The position numbers and the translations under genes are program-made. A stretch of 64,000 bases of DNA from Chamaesiphon sp. GTDB taxonomy: Bacteria; Cyanobacteriota; Cyanobacteriia; Cyanobacteriales; Chamaesiphonaceae. The notes beneath the pieces were generated by a model. The model was not told where the DNA came from. It ran no database searches and saw only the letters and a program-made list of their open reading frames with translations. The stretch covers positions 32,001 through 96,000 of the forward strand of contig CBDFFH010000021.1 of assembly GCA_965246715.1 (NCBI GenBank), given 5' to 3'. Shown piece by piece: positions 10,634-20,894 of this stretch (the stretch's first letter is position 1; the number at the start of each line of letters is the position of its first letter).

Positions 10634-10882
10634 GAAGATATTGCCAGTGGTGCCTGTCGAGCAGGGATGGGGGAATGAGATGATAGAAAGACTCGATCGT
10701 TCTCTTTACACAATAGTACAAAATTGGAACGAGGGATCGGTTATTGGTTATTGCCTACACCGATCGGATTATCCTGATAATCTCTAGAATATTACTCGTG
10801 AGAGTATTTTTACAAATTTTCTTGGATTGTCATCCGCTGGATCGATGCTGGCCTTAACCCCTAATTCCTAACCCTTAACTCC

Positions 10883-11776
10883 ATGATTCGGCTGCGTCAG
10901 ATTAATTGGACTCCTTATTCTCCCTATTTGTTTCTCGCGCCTGCATTGTTATTGCTGGGATTGACGGTATTTTTGCCAGCAGTGCAGGCTTTCTATCTGA
11001 GCTTTACCAATTACGATCCGATCGCGGGGACGGCAAATTGGCAAGGATTGACAAATTTCGATCGATTGTTAAAAGATGAAATCTTTTGGCAGACAATTAG
11101 AAATACGGTGGTGTATCTTTGTGGTGTCGTACCAGTGTTGGTATTTGCACCACTATTGCTGGCAATTGCCGTTAACCAGAAATTAACCGGGATGAGCTTC
11201 TTTCGAGCGGCTTATTATGTCCCAGTGATTATTTCGATGGTAGTGGCGGGGATTGCCTGGAAGTTTATCTATGCGGAGAATGGTTTGCTCGATCGGCTTT
11301 TGCAAGTTGTTGGCATTTCCGGATTACCCTGGCTAACGAGTCCGAGCTTGGCATTATTTAGTGTGATGTTGGTGACGATTTGGAAGGGATTGGGTTATTA
11401 CATGACAATTTATTTAGCAGGGTTGCAATCGATTCCGGCCGATCTTTATGAAGCTGCGGCGATCGATGGTTCGGATAGTTTTACCAAACATTGGGATATT
11501 ACGATTCCGTTGATGCGTCCTTATATGTTATTGGTCGCGGTAATTTCGGCGATCGCGGCCACCAAAATATTTGAAGAAGTCTATGTCATGACCCAAGGTG
11601 GGCCGAGAAACAGTTCTAAAACAGTCGTTTATTATCTCTACCAGCAAGGTTTTGGTTCGACCGATCCCGATTTGAGTTATGCTTGTACGATCGGATTGGT
11701 ATTGTTTCTCATCATTTTCATTCTCTCGCTCATCAATCTCAAACTTTCTCAAACCAACGTTAATATTCCTAAGTAG
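10883..11776 (+). CDS. Carbohydrate ABC transporter permease
   Basis: Multiple TM helices, EAA loop LYEAAAIDG, MTQGGP. Confidence 0.9.
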   Translation: MIRLRQINWTPYSPYLFLAPALLLLGLTVFLPAVQAFYLSFTNYDPIAGTANWQGLTNFDRLLKDEIFWQTIRNTVVYLCGVVPVLVFAPLLLAIAVNQKLTGMSFFRAAYYVPVIISMVVAGIAWKFIYAENGLLDRLLQVVGISGLPWLTSPSLALFSVMLVTIWKGLGYYMTIYLAGLQSIPADLYEAAAIDGSDSFTKHWDITIPLMRPYMLLVAVISAIAATKIFEEVYVMTQGGPRNSSKTVVYYLYQQGFGSTDPDLSYACTIGLVLFLIIFILSLINLKLSQTNVNIPK

Positions 11777-11804
11777 CTCTTTGTAATTCTCCGATTTAAA
11801 AGCA

Positions 11805-12482
11805 ATGGCAACTGTTGTCGATGTCCGTGAATGTGCTCTTTATGATTGTGGAATCATCGATTATCAAACTGCTTGGATCTGGCAAAAATCTCTGCAACAA
11901 GCCCGAATTGACGACCCGAGTATCGCCGATGCATTAGTCATCCTCGAACATCCACCTGTTTATACGCTCGGTACTGGAGCTAGTTTGGAATTTCTCAAAT
12001 TCGACCATCAACAAGCTGAATATGAATTATATCGCGTCGAACGTGGTGGCGAAGTAACCTATCATTGTCCCGGTCAAATTATCGGTTATCCAATTCTCAA
12101 TCTACGTTATTACCGCCAAGACTTACACTGGTATTTACGCCAACTAGAAGAGGTAATTATTCGAGTTTTAGCGTTAAATAACTTAACCGGAAACCGCATC
12201 GATGGCTTAACTGGTGTATGGGTAGACGGTCGCAAAATTGCAGCGATCGGGATTAAAGTTACTAAGTGGGTGAGTATGCATGGTTTTGCACTTAATGTAA
12301 ATCCAGATCTGAGTGGATTCGAGCGGATCGTGCCCTGTGGTATCCGAGATCGAGCTGTTACGAGTATGGCTGAGTTTATTCCAAATATCCACACAGATCT
12401 AGTACGATCGCAGATCGCTCTAGCATTTGCTGAAGTATTTCAGGTAAACCTAACACGGGTCGATGAAAAGATCGCTAGTTAA
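11805..12482 (+). CDS. lipB: Lipoyl(octanoyl) transferase
   Basis: [34 protein letters not shown]. Confidence 0.95.
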   Translation: MATVVDVRECALYDCGIIDYQTAWIWQKSLQQARIDDPSIADALVILEHPPVYTLGTGASLEFLKFDHQQAEYELYRVERGGEVTYHCPGQIIGYPILNLRYYRQDLHWYLRQLEEVIIRVLALNNLTGNRIDGLTGVWVDGRKIAAIGIKVTKWVSMHGFALNVNPDLSGFERIVPCGIRDRAVTSMAEFIPNIHTDLVRSQIALAFAEVFQVNLTRVDEKIAS

Positions 12483-12548
12483 AATTGTATTCTAGCTTTT
12501 TCGATTATCCCTGCGACCACTAAACGAGCGAGCGAGCGTACTAAATGA

Positions 12549-12701
12549 TTAACCTAAGTTCGGGAGAAGAGGAGCCTGGAGACTGAATATCTTAGTCCGC
12601 GAAGGCGGACTTCGGACTACTAGCACCGATTTCAATCGAGTGCGGTACTTGAACGAAGTAAATATCCTTAACCCGTTGACGTAAGGAGAAACTCACGTTA
12701 A
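12549..12701. mobile_element. MITE-like element (TTAACnTnAGTTCGGG...CCCGAACTCACGTTAA family) carrying an AGTCCGCGAAGGCGGACT hairpin
   Basis: 3' half nearly identical to 56810-56880; the right end has an extra 14 nt (12676-12689). Confidence 0.7.
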
Positions 12702-13412
12702 CTAGACAATACTTGCTTCTAAAGCGACGACATCAGGAATCAAGAGAATATCGTGGTTGCGAGCGATCAGTCCTGATGCTTCCATTTTGGTAAGCACCCG
12801 CGTTACGGTTTCTCTTGCCAAGCCGCTCATACTACTAAGTTCGCGGTGAGGAAGGTTGGGAATCTCAACACCTTTACCCACAGTTTTTCCCTGTCCTTCT
12901 ACCAAAAATAATAAGGTATCGGCAACGCGCGAAGCACTATTTGATTCGCGTAATCGTAAGCGACGATTGACTTGGCGTAGTCGGCGCGCCATCAGTTGTG
13001 CGAGGCGCATTCCAGCTAGTGGCTCGACTTTGAGTAGCCGGACGAAATCTTCAGCGGGAATATTCACAATCGTCGCAGGTGTCAAACTCAGGACATCCGT
13101 AGAACGTGGCGCTTGTTCTAATGCTGCCATCTCACCGACGATCTCACCTCTCCCGACGATATTTAGGGTGATTTCTCGTCCTTCAGCATTATAAGTCCGA
13201 ATTTTGAGCCAGCCACTGAGGACAAAATAGACCGAACCGCCCCAATCGTTTTCTAGTAAGATCGTCTGATTGGCAGGGTGATTGCGAATTGCCGCATGGA
13301 CGAGTGCTGGAGCGACAGCAGATTCTGGTAATTCACTCAGAAAAGGTACTGAAGCCATTGCTTCTCGGACAGATAAATTTTGGGTTTGAACGTTGCTGTG
13401 TCTATTTTCCAT
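12702..13412 (-). CDS. Crp/Fnr family transcriptional regulator
   Basis: cNMP domain GEMAAL...PRSTDV; HTH LSSMSGLARETVTRVL. Confidence 0.9.
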   Translation of the reverse strand: MENRHSNVQTQNLSVREAMASVPFLSELPESAVAPALVHAAIRNHPANQTILLENDWGGSVYFVLSGWLKIRTYNAEGREITLNIVGRGEIVGEMAALEQAPRSTDVLSLTPATIVNIPAEDFVRLLKVEPLAGMRLAQLMARRLRQVNRRLRLRESNSASRVADTLLFLVEGQGKTVGKGVEIPNLPHRELSSMSGLARETVTRVLTKMEASGLIARNHDILLIPDVVALEASIV

Positions 13413-13805
13413 GCTATCGACTCAATACTCTAAAGGTGAATAAGCTAGTCAGTGCGGCGATCTTCATCCGCAACCGTTGGCGTTCGTGTTTGTGATGCGT
13501 TGCGTTTCTTCGTAGCATTCGCTTTGCCTGTGGCAGCACGGCACGAAAATTATCGTTCCTTGCGATCGCATAGATGTTGTCGCTAAACTCGCTTATGGGT
13601 ATCGATCGTGTCATCTACTAAAAGAGTGTTAGTCCGCTAACGTATCCTTCATCTGTCGATCGATAGCTGTAGTTTCAGTCAATGATGACTTAATTATTAT
13701 GCCCGCAAATAGCCGATTCCCACCACTTGAGATTGTGAATTTACCTAACTAACCACACTTTCGCAACCGCTCGTTTTACCGTCTTTAGCTCGCGCTCTGA
13801 AAAAT

Positions 13806-14330
13806 ATGAACTTACCCAATTGGATTACACTTTCGCGCCTACTCGGATTACCGATCGTGGTTTATTGCATGTATGGCGATAGCACAAACGAGCGCTGGAT
13901 TGGTTTCGGAGTTTTTTTAGTTGCTGCTGCGACCGATTGGTTGGATGGCTATCTCGCACGCAAGTTAGATCTGGTTACCGATCTCGGCAAATTTCTCGAT
14001 CCGTTAGTAGATAAGTTACTCGTGCTAATCCCACTACTAGTCGCGATCGATCTGCATCTAGTTCCGGCTGTGGGTGTATGTTTGATTCTAACTCGCGAAC
14101 TGACGATTGCAGGTTGGCGCGTCGGCAAATCGCAAATTAGCGGGGCAAATATCTGGGGTAAGCTGAAAACGATCGGTCAAATCGTCGCAATTGCCATCCT
14201 AATCGCGCCATTATCGCTAGCAAATTGGCATCAATATGGCTTAATCGCTTTTTGGATCGCTGTCGCGCTGACCCTAATATCTGGTTTAATTTATCTACTC
14301 CCTACGCGCACAGAGTCTGTCAATCATTAA
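13806..14330 (+). CDS. pgsA: CDP-diacylglycerol--glycerol-3-phosphate 3-phosphatidyltransferase
   Basis: MNLPNWIT, TDWLDGYLAR...GKFLDPLVDK. Confidence 0.93.
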   Translation: MNLPNWITLSRLLGLPIVVYCMYGDSTNERWIGFGVFLVAAATDWLDGYLARKLDLVTDLGKFLDPLVDKLLVLIPLLVAIDLHLVPAVGVCLILTRELTIAGWRVGKSQISGANIWGKLKTIGQIVAIAILIAPLSLANWHQYGLIAFWIAVALTLISGLIYLLPTRTESVNH

Positions 14331-14563
14331 TCGCTCGTTGTCGGCACAACGCCCGATTTTTTACGTGACTAAAATAAATTCAGTCAATTTGCTAGTCGTG
14401 AAATACTATATCGATCTAATCTTTTTTGACAGCAACGACAACCGCTAATTCACTGAAAAATCCATTTGACACATTACTATATATTACGAGATATCAACCT
14501 AACTCAAAGTTGCCAATGATAATAATAATGTCTTTAGTTCTATTTTTAAAAATGTAGCTGAGC

Positions 14564-15367
14564 ATGAATTTAACAAAGCGTTGTATTGCAGAATTTTTTG
14601 GAACATTTTGGCTAGTTGTCGGTGGCTGTGGCAGTGCGGTACTTGCAGCAGCTTATTCGGAGATTAATACTCAAGGAAGCTCGAATACTCAAGCAGCCGC
14701 CACCGCTTCTTTAGGAATCGGTACTCTAGGCGTATCGATCGCGTTCGGTTTGACTGTATTGACAATGGCATACGCGATCGGACATATCTCAGGTTGTCAC
14801 CTCAATCCGGCCGTCTCCTTCGGTTTATGGGCTGGTAAAAGATTTCCAGCATCAGATTTACTGCCTTATGTTCTCGCACAAGTCGGGGGTGCGATCCTGG
14901 CGGCACTGTTAATCTACCTAGTGGCGACGGGCAAGACTGGATACGCATTAACTGGCAGTGGCCCGCTAGCGACAAATGGGTTTGGCGACCACTCACCCCA
15001 ACGCTATAGCTTATTTGCCTGCTTCCTCACTGAAGTCGTGATGACATTTATGTTCCTCATGGTTATCTTAGGTGCTACCGATCGTAGAGCACCTCAAGGT
15101 TTTGCACCAATCGCCATCGGTTTGATGCTAACACTGATTCATCTAATAAGTATTCCGGTTACCAATACCTCGGTCAATCCGGCTAGGAGTACTGGCCCTG
15201 CCTTAATCGTTGGATTATTTGGTAGAACCGAATTATTCGGTCAGGTGTGGCTATTTTGGGTAGCGCCAATTCTCGGTGCGATCGCGGCAGGATTTTTCTA
15301 CAACACGATCTTTGAAGCTGCTCCAGCCGATCTCAAGGCTGAATGCGAACTCAGCGGTAACTTGTAA
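14564..15367 (+). CDS. aqpZ: Aquaporin Z
   Basis: [25 protein letters not shown]. Confidence 0.93.
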   Translation: MNLTKRCIAEFFGTFWLVVGGCGSAVLAAAYSEINTQGSSNTQAAATASLGIGTLGVSIAFGLTVLTMAYAIGHISGCHLNPAVSFGLWAGKRFPASDLLPYVLAQVGGAILAALLIYLVATGKTGYALTGSGPLATNGFGDHSPQRYSLFACFLTEVVMTFMFLMVILGATDRRAPQGFAPIAIGLMLTLIHLISIPVTNTSVNPARSTGPALIVGLFGRTELFGQVWLFWVAPILGAIAAGFFYNTIFEAAPADLKAECELSGNL

Positions 15368-15411
15368 GTCCTAATTTTTTCACACTGGTAAATTAGGTGG
15401 CTGAGTAAACT

Positions 15412-18186
15412 TTACTCAGCCATTTTTATTGCATGGTGACAGACAAATACTTCCGCCGCCGCTCGATCGACGATTTTTCCATCTAAAGTCGCGATCGTTA
15501 GTGCGTCCAATATTTGGCGGTATTGCGGCCCCGGCTTGTAGCCCAATTGACGCAGGTCGTCACCTGTTAATGGCGGTTGAATGTTCGTCCAAACAGTCAA
15601 ATATCGCCAAACTTGGCGGCGAACGATCGAATTGTGGCGACAGCGTACGGCAATTAAAATTAGGGTCGCTCGATCGTACTGTTTTAGCAAGCCAACTACT
15701 TGACTGGGACGCTCGAATGTAGGCACTAGTTCGATTACCGACGACTCAGCAGCAGCTAAATTTTGTAGCCTTGTAATACTGTCGGCTGGAAGTTGGAGAT
15801 TTTTGGCTACTTGTGGGCGATATGCTGGTGCTAGTGCAGCCAAGAGCGCTTCCAACCGCAGTTGCCAGTGGACGATGTGCTGGTGAGGATCGAATCTACG
15901 CAAACACCGTTCTAGCAAGCGTAATTGCTGCAATAAGTCTCGATCTAGTTTGAGCGTGGCATGAATACATTGCAACGCACCTAAATTATCGAGCAACTCT
16001 AGAGCTGGTTGCCAATAGGCAGCTTGGAGCAAGTGTTTTAATTCGGTTTTGAGCCGAGTTTGGAGTGCGGGGGTTTTCTGATTTTCTTGGACGGTTCGAT
16101 CGTAAACGCCACTAGTTATCGCATACCGAATATATGCTTCGGTTTGCAGCTCGAGCTGAAAGCCCAACCTTATTGCAAATCGCACGCCGCGATAAATGCG
16201 GGTCGGATCTTCAATAAAACTATTGGGATGCAAAACGCGAATCTGTTTGGTTTGTAAATCTTCTAAGCCGCCAAAAAAATCGAGAAGTGTCGCTGAGTTA
16301 TTCCCTATCATGGATCGATCTGGTGTCAACCTCAGCGCCAGCGCATTGATCGTAAAATCTCGACGATACAAGTCTTGGCGAATCGAACTCGATTCCACTT
16401 CGGGATTTGCGGCTGGGTAAGGATAAAATTCAGTTCTTGCGGTGGCAATATCGACCCACAACGAGTCAAATTCCGGATCTTTGTGCCAGAGCAATGCCGC
16501 CGTTTGAAATGCCCCATGGACATCTAATCTTGCGGCTGGGTAAAGTTGTTGGAGCGCAGTTGCCAGTTCCACCCCTGCCCCAACATCTGCAGCTCGATCG
16601 AAACCATCGACTACCAAATCGATATCTTTAATTAATAAATTATCCCGATCCGCTGCTAATAATAAATCCCGCACGGCACCGCCCACTAAATAGAGCTGCC
16701 AACCACGCTGTGCGGCAGCTCGTGCGGCTTGCCGTAGTAGCGACCACAATTTTGGTGCGAGTTTGGCTTCTAGTTGTTGCAGATTCAAATTACTCACAGC
16801 TGCACTTGATTGCGGAGGATTGCCCGGCGCTGTACTTTGGCTGCGCTGCTGATGTAATTCTCGCAACACATCCGTGCGCGTCACGATGCCGACTAATCGA
16901 TCTTCTGCTAATACTGGCAACCTGCCAAGATCGTAAGTTACCATTGTCGCCTCAATTTGGGACAGTGGGGTATCAGGGGTAATTGTTTTCACACTAGTTG
17001 TCATATAACCTGTAACAGGTGCATGACTGAAACCATGATGCAAGGCAATGTCTAAATCTCGACGTGAAATGATGCCGATTAAATTGTCTCGTTCGTCGAC
17101 GACCGGTAAACCGGAGTGACCATAACGTAATAGAATCCGTTGTGCATCGGCAATCGTAATGTTCGGGCGAATCGTGCGGATGGGGGTAGACATCACATCC
17201 CGAGCGCTCAGCGGCTGGGGCAGGGCAGTTTGGATCCGCTCTAGCAATTGGCGGAGAATCTCGCCCGAGTCTACTCCACGCATATTTACAGATGCGGCTC
17301 GTGCATGACCGCCACCACCTAATGGCTGGAATAAGTCATGGAGATCGACACTAGGAATTTGCGATCGACCCACGATTGTCAATCTAAGTTCGCCTTCACT
17401 CGTGGGATATTCATGAAATAACAATAAAGCATCGATCTCCATGAGCGATCGAATCTGTGTCGCCAAACTCGATAAACCCGGTACGAATCGATCGGTTTTT
17501 AGCTTTACCCAAGCAATGGTCTCGCCGCGAATAGATACAGACTCAATGGCTGCTAGTGCCGTCTGCAACAACTGCTGTAACTGGGGCGATAATCCTGGAG
17601 CGATATAATCACTAATAACTGATAAATTGGCACCTTGCTGCATCAGCCATCCTAGTGCGAGCGCATCCCGCGCGGTGCTCATTTCAAAAGTTAACGAGCC
17701 AGTATCGACATGGATACCCAAAGCCATCACAGTTGCTTCAGCAGTGGTTAGAACGATCTGTGCCTGTTGTAATTTCTCGACGATGATGGTCGTGCTAGCG
17801 CCGACAGGTTCGATCGATACCTGTGTTGCGGGAATATCCGTGGTTTGGTGATGGTGGTCGTAAACGACAATTGCCGCTAAATCGGCTAAATCCAACCATT
17901 CCGCCGCCTTTCCCAATCGATCGCGCTGTTGGGTATCAACGATGTGCAGCGATCGAATTTGAGCTGGATTTACCGCCCGTCGTTCGATCGTGCGATACTC
18001 ATCCCGATAAAGAGCCAAGAAATCCTGAACCGTTGGGTGTGCGCCACCAGGCAAGACGATTTTGCTCCCTGGTAACAGCAGTGTTAGTCCTACTGCCGCT
18101 CCAAGTGTGTCAAAATCTGCTGTAGTGTGGCACAGAATTAAATCCATCATCGCTCGCCCAGGTAAATCGAGCGCCGTCTCAGTCAA
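15412..18186 (-). CDS. DHH/DHHA1-CBS-nucleotidyltransferase (A-adding tRNA nucleotidyltransferase); true start may be ATG 18150/18147
   Basis: YDHH, GGGGHARAAS, two CBS repeats, VGGAVRD, DIDLVV, DLYRRDFTINA, EDPTRI. Confidence 0.9.
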   Translation of the reverse strand: MTETALDLPGRAMMDLILCHTTADFDTLGAAVGLTLLLPGSKIVLPGGAHPTVQDFLALYRDEYRTIERRAVNPAQIRSLHIVDTQQRDRLGKAAEWLDLADLAAIVVYDHHHQTTDIPATQVSIEPVGASTTIIVEKLQQAQIVLTTAEATVMALGIHVDTGSLTFEMSTARDALALGWLMQQGANLSVISDYIAPGLSPQLQQLLQTALAAIESVSIRGETIAWVKLKTDRFVPGLSSLATQIRSLMEIDALLLFHEYPTSEGELRLTIVGRSQIPSVDLHDLFQPLGGGGHARAASVNMRGVDSGEILRQLLERIQTALPQPLSARDVMSTPIRTIRPNITIADAQRILLRYGHSGLPVVDERDNLIGIISRRDLDIALHHGFSHAPVTGYMTTSVKTITPDTPLSQIEATMVTYDLGRLPVLAEDRLVGIVTRTDVLRELHQQRSQSTAPGNPPQSSAAVSNLNLQQLEAKLAPKLWSLLRQAARAAAQRGWQLYLVGGAVRDLLLAADRDNLLIKDIDLVVDGFDRAADVGAGVELATALQQLYPAARLDVHGAFQTAALLWHKDPEFDSLWVDIATARTEFYPYPAANPEVESSSIRQDLYRRDFTINALALRLTPDRSMIGNNSATLLDFFGGLEDLQTKQIRVLHPNSFIEDPTRIYRGVRFAIRLGFQLELQTEAYIRYAITSGVYDRTVQENQKTPALQTRLKTELKHLLQAAYWQPALELLDNLGALQCIHATLKLDRDLLQQLRLLERCLRRFDPHQHIVHWQLRLEALLAALAPAYRPQVAKNLQLPADSITRLQNLAAAESSVIELVPTFERPSQVVGLLKQYDRATLILIAVRCRHNSIVRRQVWRYLTVWTNIQPPLTGDDLRQLGYKPGPQYRQILDALTIATLDGKIVDRAAAEVFVCHHAIKMAE

Positions 18187-18189
18187 TAG

Positions 18190-18330
18190 CTAACGACTGG
18201 TGCGTTTGTCTAGATCGCGGCGTTGTCGATCGCGCCAACCAGATACAGTTAGATAGATTACCCCCAAGGTGACAATGATGAGTAAGCCAAATGCAGTACC
18301 GCCCAAAATTCGAATCAGTGAAGTGTCCAT
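18190..18330 (-). CDS. Small single-TM protein (46 aa), missed by the ORF track
   Basis: Manual translation MDTSLIRILGGTAFGLLIIVTLGVIYLTVSGWRDRQRRDLDKRTSR*. Confidence 0.65.
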   Translation of the reverse strand: MDTSLIRILGGTAFGLLIIVTLGVIYLTVSGWRDRQRRDLDKRTSR

Positions 18331-18498
18331 CGATCGCTAAAAAGATTATCTAGTTAATTGTACCAAATCCGATTTGGCCTTTCCTACAAAATCTCTCACC
18401 ATCACTGGCAGGCGCTCGCGGAATAAGGTGACATCACCTTTATGGAAATGAGTAAATCTTCAATGTAGTTATTATTACTCAACGAGCGAATCAAACAG

Positions 18499-18927
18499 AT
18501 GAAAAATATTCGGAACATGTTAATGGGCTTAGCCATATTGCCGCTAACTATTGGCTATTGTGGGGGGGATGCGCAAGCTTCTCAAGTTGCCAGTCAGTGG
18601 TATTTTGGTAAGTGGAATTGCTCGATCGATGGTAGACCTGCAAAAATGCAGTGGCTGGTAGTAGATGATTCCCAAACTTCTTGTAGTGGTGAGGTTTGCA
18701 GCAGTTCGTCTGGTGTTAAGGTAGTCGGCAGATTTAGCGATAATGGCAGTGCATGGGTGCCTCTATCCAAACGTTATTTGCAGGGTAATGAGTTTGGGAT
18801 GCGTTATCTAGGCAAAGAACAAGATAATTGGATGTTGCGTTACAATCCTAAATCTAAAGTTGCTGATGGTTGGACGACATGGAGAGGTAATCGTTATCCG
18901 TTACAATGTACTCTCCAAAGTAAATGA
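18499..18927 (+). CDS. Secreted Cys/Trp-rich hypothetical protein (DUF6006-like)
   Basis: Signal peptide ending AQA; WNCSIDGRPAKMQW...GWTTWRGNRYPLQC. Confidence 0.7.
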   Translation: MKNIRNMLMGLAILPLTIGYCGGDAQASQVASQWYFGKWNCSIDGRPAKMQWLVVDDSQTSCSGEVCSSSSGVKVVGRFSDNGSAWVPLSKRYLQGNEFGMRYLGKEQDNWMLRYNPKSKVADGWTTWRGNRYPLQCTLQSK

Positions 18928-19181
18928 CGATCGAATGAATCAATCTTAGATAAATTCAGAACCACTTTGGTTGTTGTTGGCAAATGACGAGCGATGATTT
19001 TTTGGATGGATTCCCAACCTTGAATAAAGATCGAGCGCGTGTATTTGCTAGAGACTACACAGACAGGGGTATTTTAGATCGGGTTGAGATATGCCGATCG
19101 AGCGTAGTCCTCCATCCTCCCTTACACTAGAAAAAGTAGATTAAAATAGATCTCTCGATCGATTACTGTTAATTTCTCCTT

Positions 19182-20573
19182 ATGTTCGACCAATTAGCCG
19201 AAAGTTTAGAATCAGCCTGGGTAAAACTGCGCGGAAAAGACAAAATTAAGTCTTCCAACATTCAAGATGCCCTGAAGGAAGTCCGACGCGCGCTGCTTTC
19301 GGCTGATGTAAACGTCCAAGTGGTTACAAATTTCATCAAGGAGGTCGAAATTAAAGCACAAGGGGCAAATGTGCTGTCGGGAGTCCGCCCCGAACAACAA
19401 TTTATCAAAATTGTCTACGACGAATTGGCCAAAACGATGGGGGAAACCAATAGTCCCCTAGCTGAAGCAGCCGAAAAACCTACTGTAATCTTGATGGCAG
19501 GCTTACAAGGGGCGGGGAAAACAACCGCTACCGCCAAGCTCGCATTGCATCTACGGAAAGAAAATCGTACCACCCTGATGGTGGCAACTGACGTATATCG
19601 TCCAGCTGCGATCGATCAGCTCATCACGCTAGGCCAGCAAATCGACGTACCAGTCTTCGATATGGGTACCGATGCAAATCCCGTCGAAATCGCCCGTCAA
19701 GGTATCGCCAAGGCGCGGGAACTAGGTGTAGATGTAGTAATCGTCGATACTGCCGGACGCTTGCAGATCGACGATCGGATGATGACCGAATTAGCCGATG
19801 TCAAAGCAGCAATTGGGCCGCATGAAGTCCTGCTGGTAGTGGATTCGGCGATCGGGCAAGAAGCCGCGAATGTTACGATGACATTTAACGATCGGATCGG
19901 CATTACTGGGGCGATTCTCACGAAATTAGATGGTGATACGCGTGGTGGTGCCGCGCTCTCGGTGCGCGCGATTTCGGGTAAACCGATTAAATTCGTCGGT
20001 GTCGGTGAAAAAGTTGAGGCACTCCAACCATTTTATCCAGAACGGATGGCATCGCGGATTTTAGGCATGGGTGACGTACTCACTCTTGTGGAGAAAGCGC
20101 AAGAGGAAATCGACATCGCTGATGCCGCTAAATTAACCGAGAAAATCCTCGAAGCCAAATTTGACTTCAATGACTTCATCAAACAGATGCGGTTGTTAAA
20201 AAATATGGGTTCGCTCGGCGGTTTGCTGAAAATGATTCCAGGCATGGGGAAAATGTCCGATAGTCAGTTGAAGCAGGGTGAAGACAAACTCAAACAGGCT
20301 GAAGCGATGATTCAGTCGATGACAAAGGAAGAACGCGCAAATCCCGAATTGTTATCGAGTACACCCAGCCGCCGCCGCCGGATTGCTAAAGGGTGCGGTT
20401 TTCCAGAAAAAGATGTGAATAATCTGATTGCCGAATTTACGCGGATGCGGAGCATGATGCAACAGATGAGTATGGGCAATTTCCCTGGGATGGGTGGCGG
20501 CGGACGAGGTGGACAGCAGCAAGGTGCACCAGCGAAAGTTAAAAAGAAGAAGAAAGGTTTCGGCACTCTCTAA
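19182..20573 (+). CDS. ffh: Signal recognition particle protein
   Basis: GLQGAGKTT, DTAGRLQ, TKLDGDTRGGAALS, RILGMGD, Met-rich M domain. Confidence 0.97.
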   Translation: MFDQLAESLESAWVKLRGKDKIKSSNIQDALKEVRRALLSADVNVQVVTNFIKEVEIKAQGANVLSGVRPEQQFIKIVYDELAKTMGETNSPLAEAAEKPTVILMAGLQGAGKTTATAKLALHLRKENRTTLMVATDVYRPAAIDQLITLGQQIDVPVFDMGTDANPVEIARQGIAKARELGVDVVIVDTAGRLQIDDRMMTELADVKAAIGPHEVLLVVDSAIGQEAANVTMTFNDRIGITGAILTKLDGDTRGGAALSVRAISGKPIKFVGVGEKVEALQPFYPERMASRILGMGDVLTLVEKAQEEIDIADAAKLTEKILEAKFDFNDFIKQMRLLKNMGSLGGLLKMIPGMGKMSDSQLKQGEDKLKQAEAMIQSMTKEERANPELLSSTPSRRRRIAKGCGFPEKDVNNLIAEFTRMRSMMQQMSMGNFPGMGGGGRGGQQQGAPAKVKKKKKGFGTL

Positions 20574-20707
20574 GTCAATTTTCTGCCGATATTTATTTAA
20601 CATCAGTCTCCAATGGGGCGCGCCGCAGGAAGGATGATAGAAACAGTTAGAGGGGGCTTAGTTCTAATCAGCGGCGAAAAAGCTGGAACCATCTCACCGA
20701 CTCTAGT

Positions 20708-20879
20708 TTAACATGAGTTCGGGTTAAGAAAAACAGAGCAAATTGTTTTCCAGGACGATTCCTGGCTTATTGGGTTGATTGCTTATTGCCCTCAACCTAC
20801 ACAGAATGTTAACAAAGCAGTTAACGGCAGAGTGATGTCGGGAGTGCTCGATCTGAGAAATATTCGGCGTTGCTGAATT
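20708..20879. repeat. Degenerate MITE remnants: a TTAACATGAGTTCGGGTTAAG end (20708-20728) and a solo GGCGTTGCTGAATT end (20866-20879)
   Basis: Match the ends of the elements at 56860-56880 (inverted) and 35460 respectively. Confidence 0.55.
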
Positions 20880-20894
20880 TTTATCGTAGATCTA

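Noticed and set aside
20600..20700. Possible SRP RNA (ffs) after ffh, suggested by CAGGAAGG
   Set aside because: Lacks the conserved helix-8 context (CAGG..CGGAAGGAAGCAG) and the long pairing.
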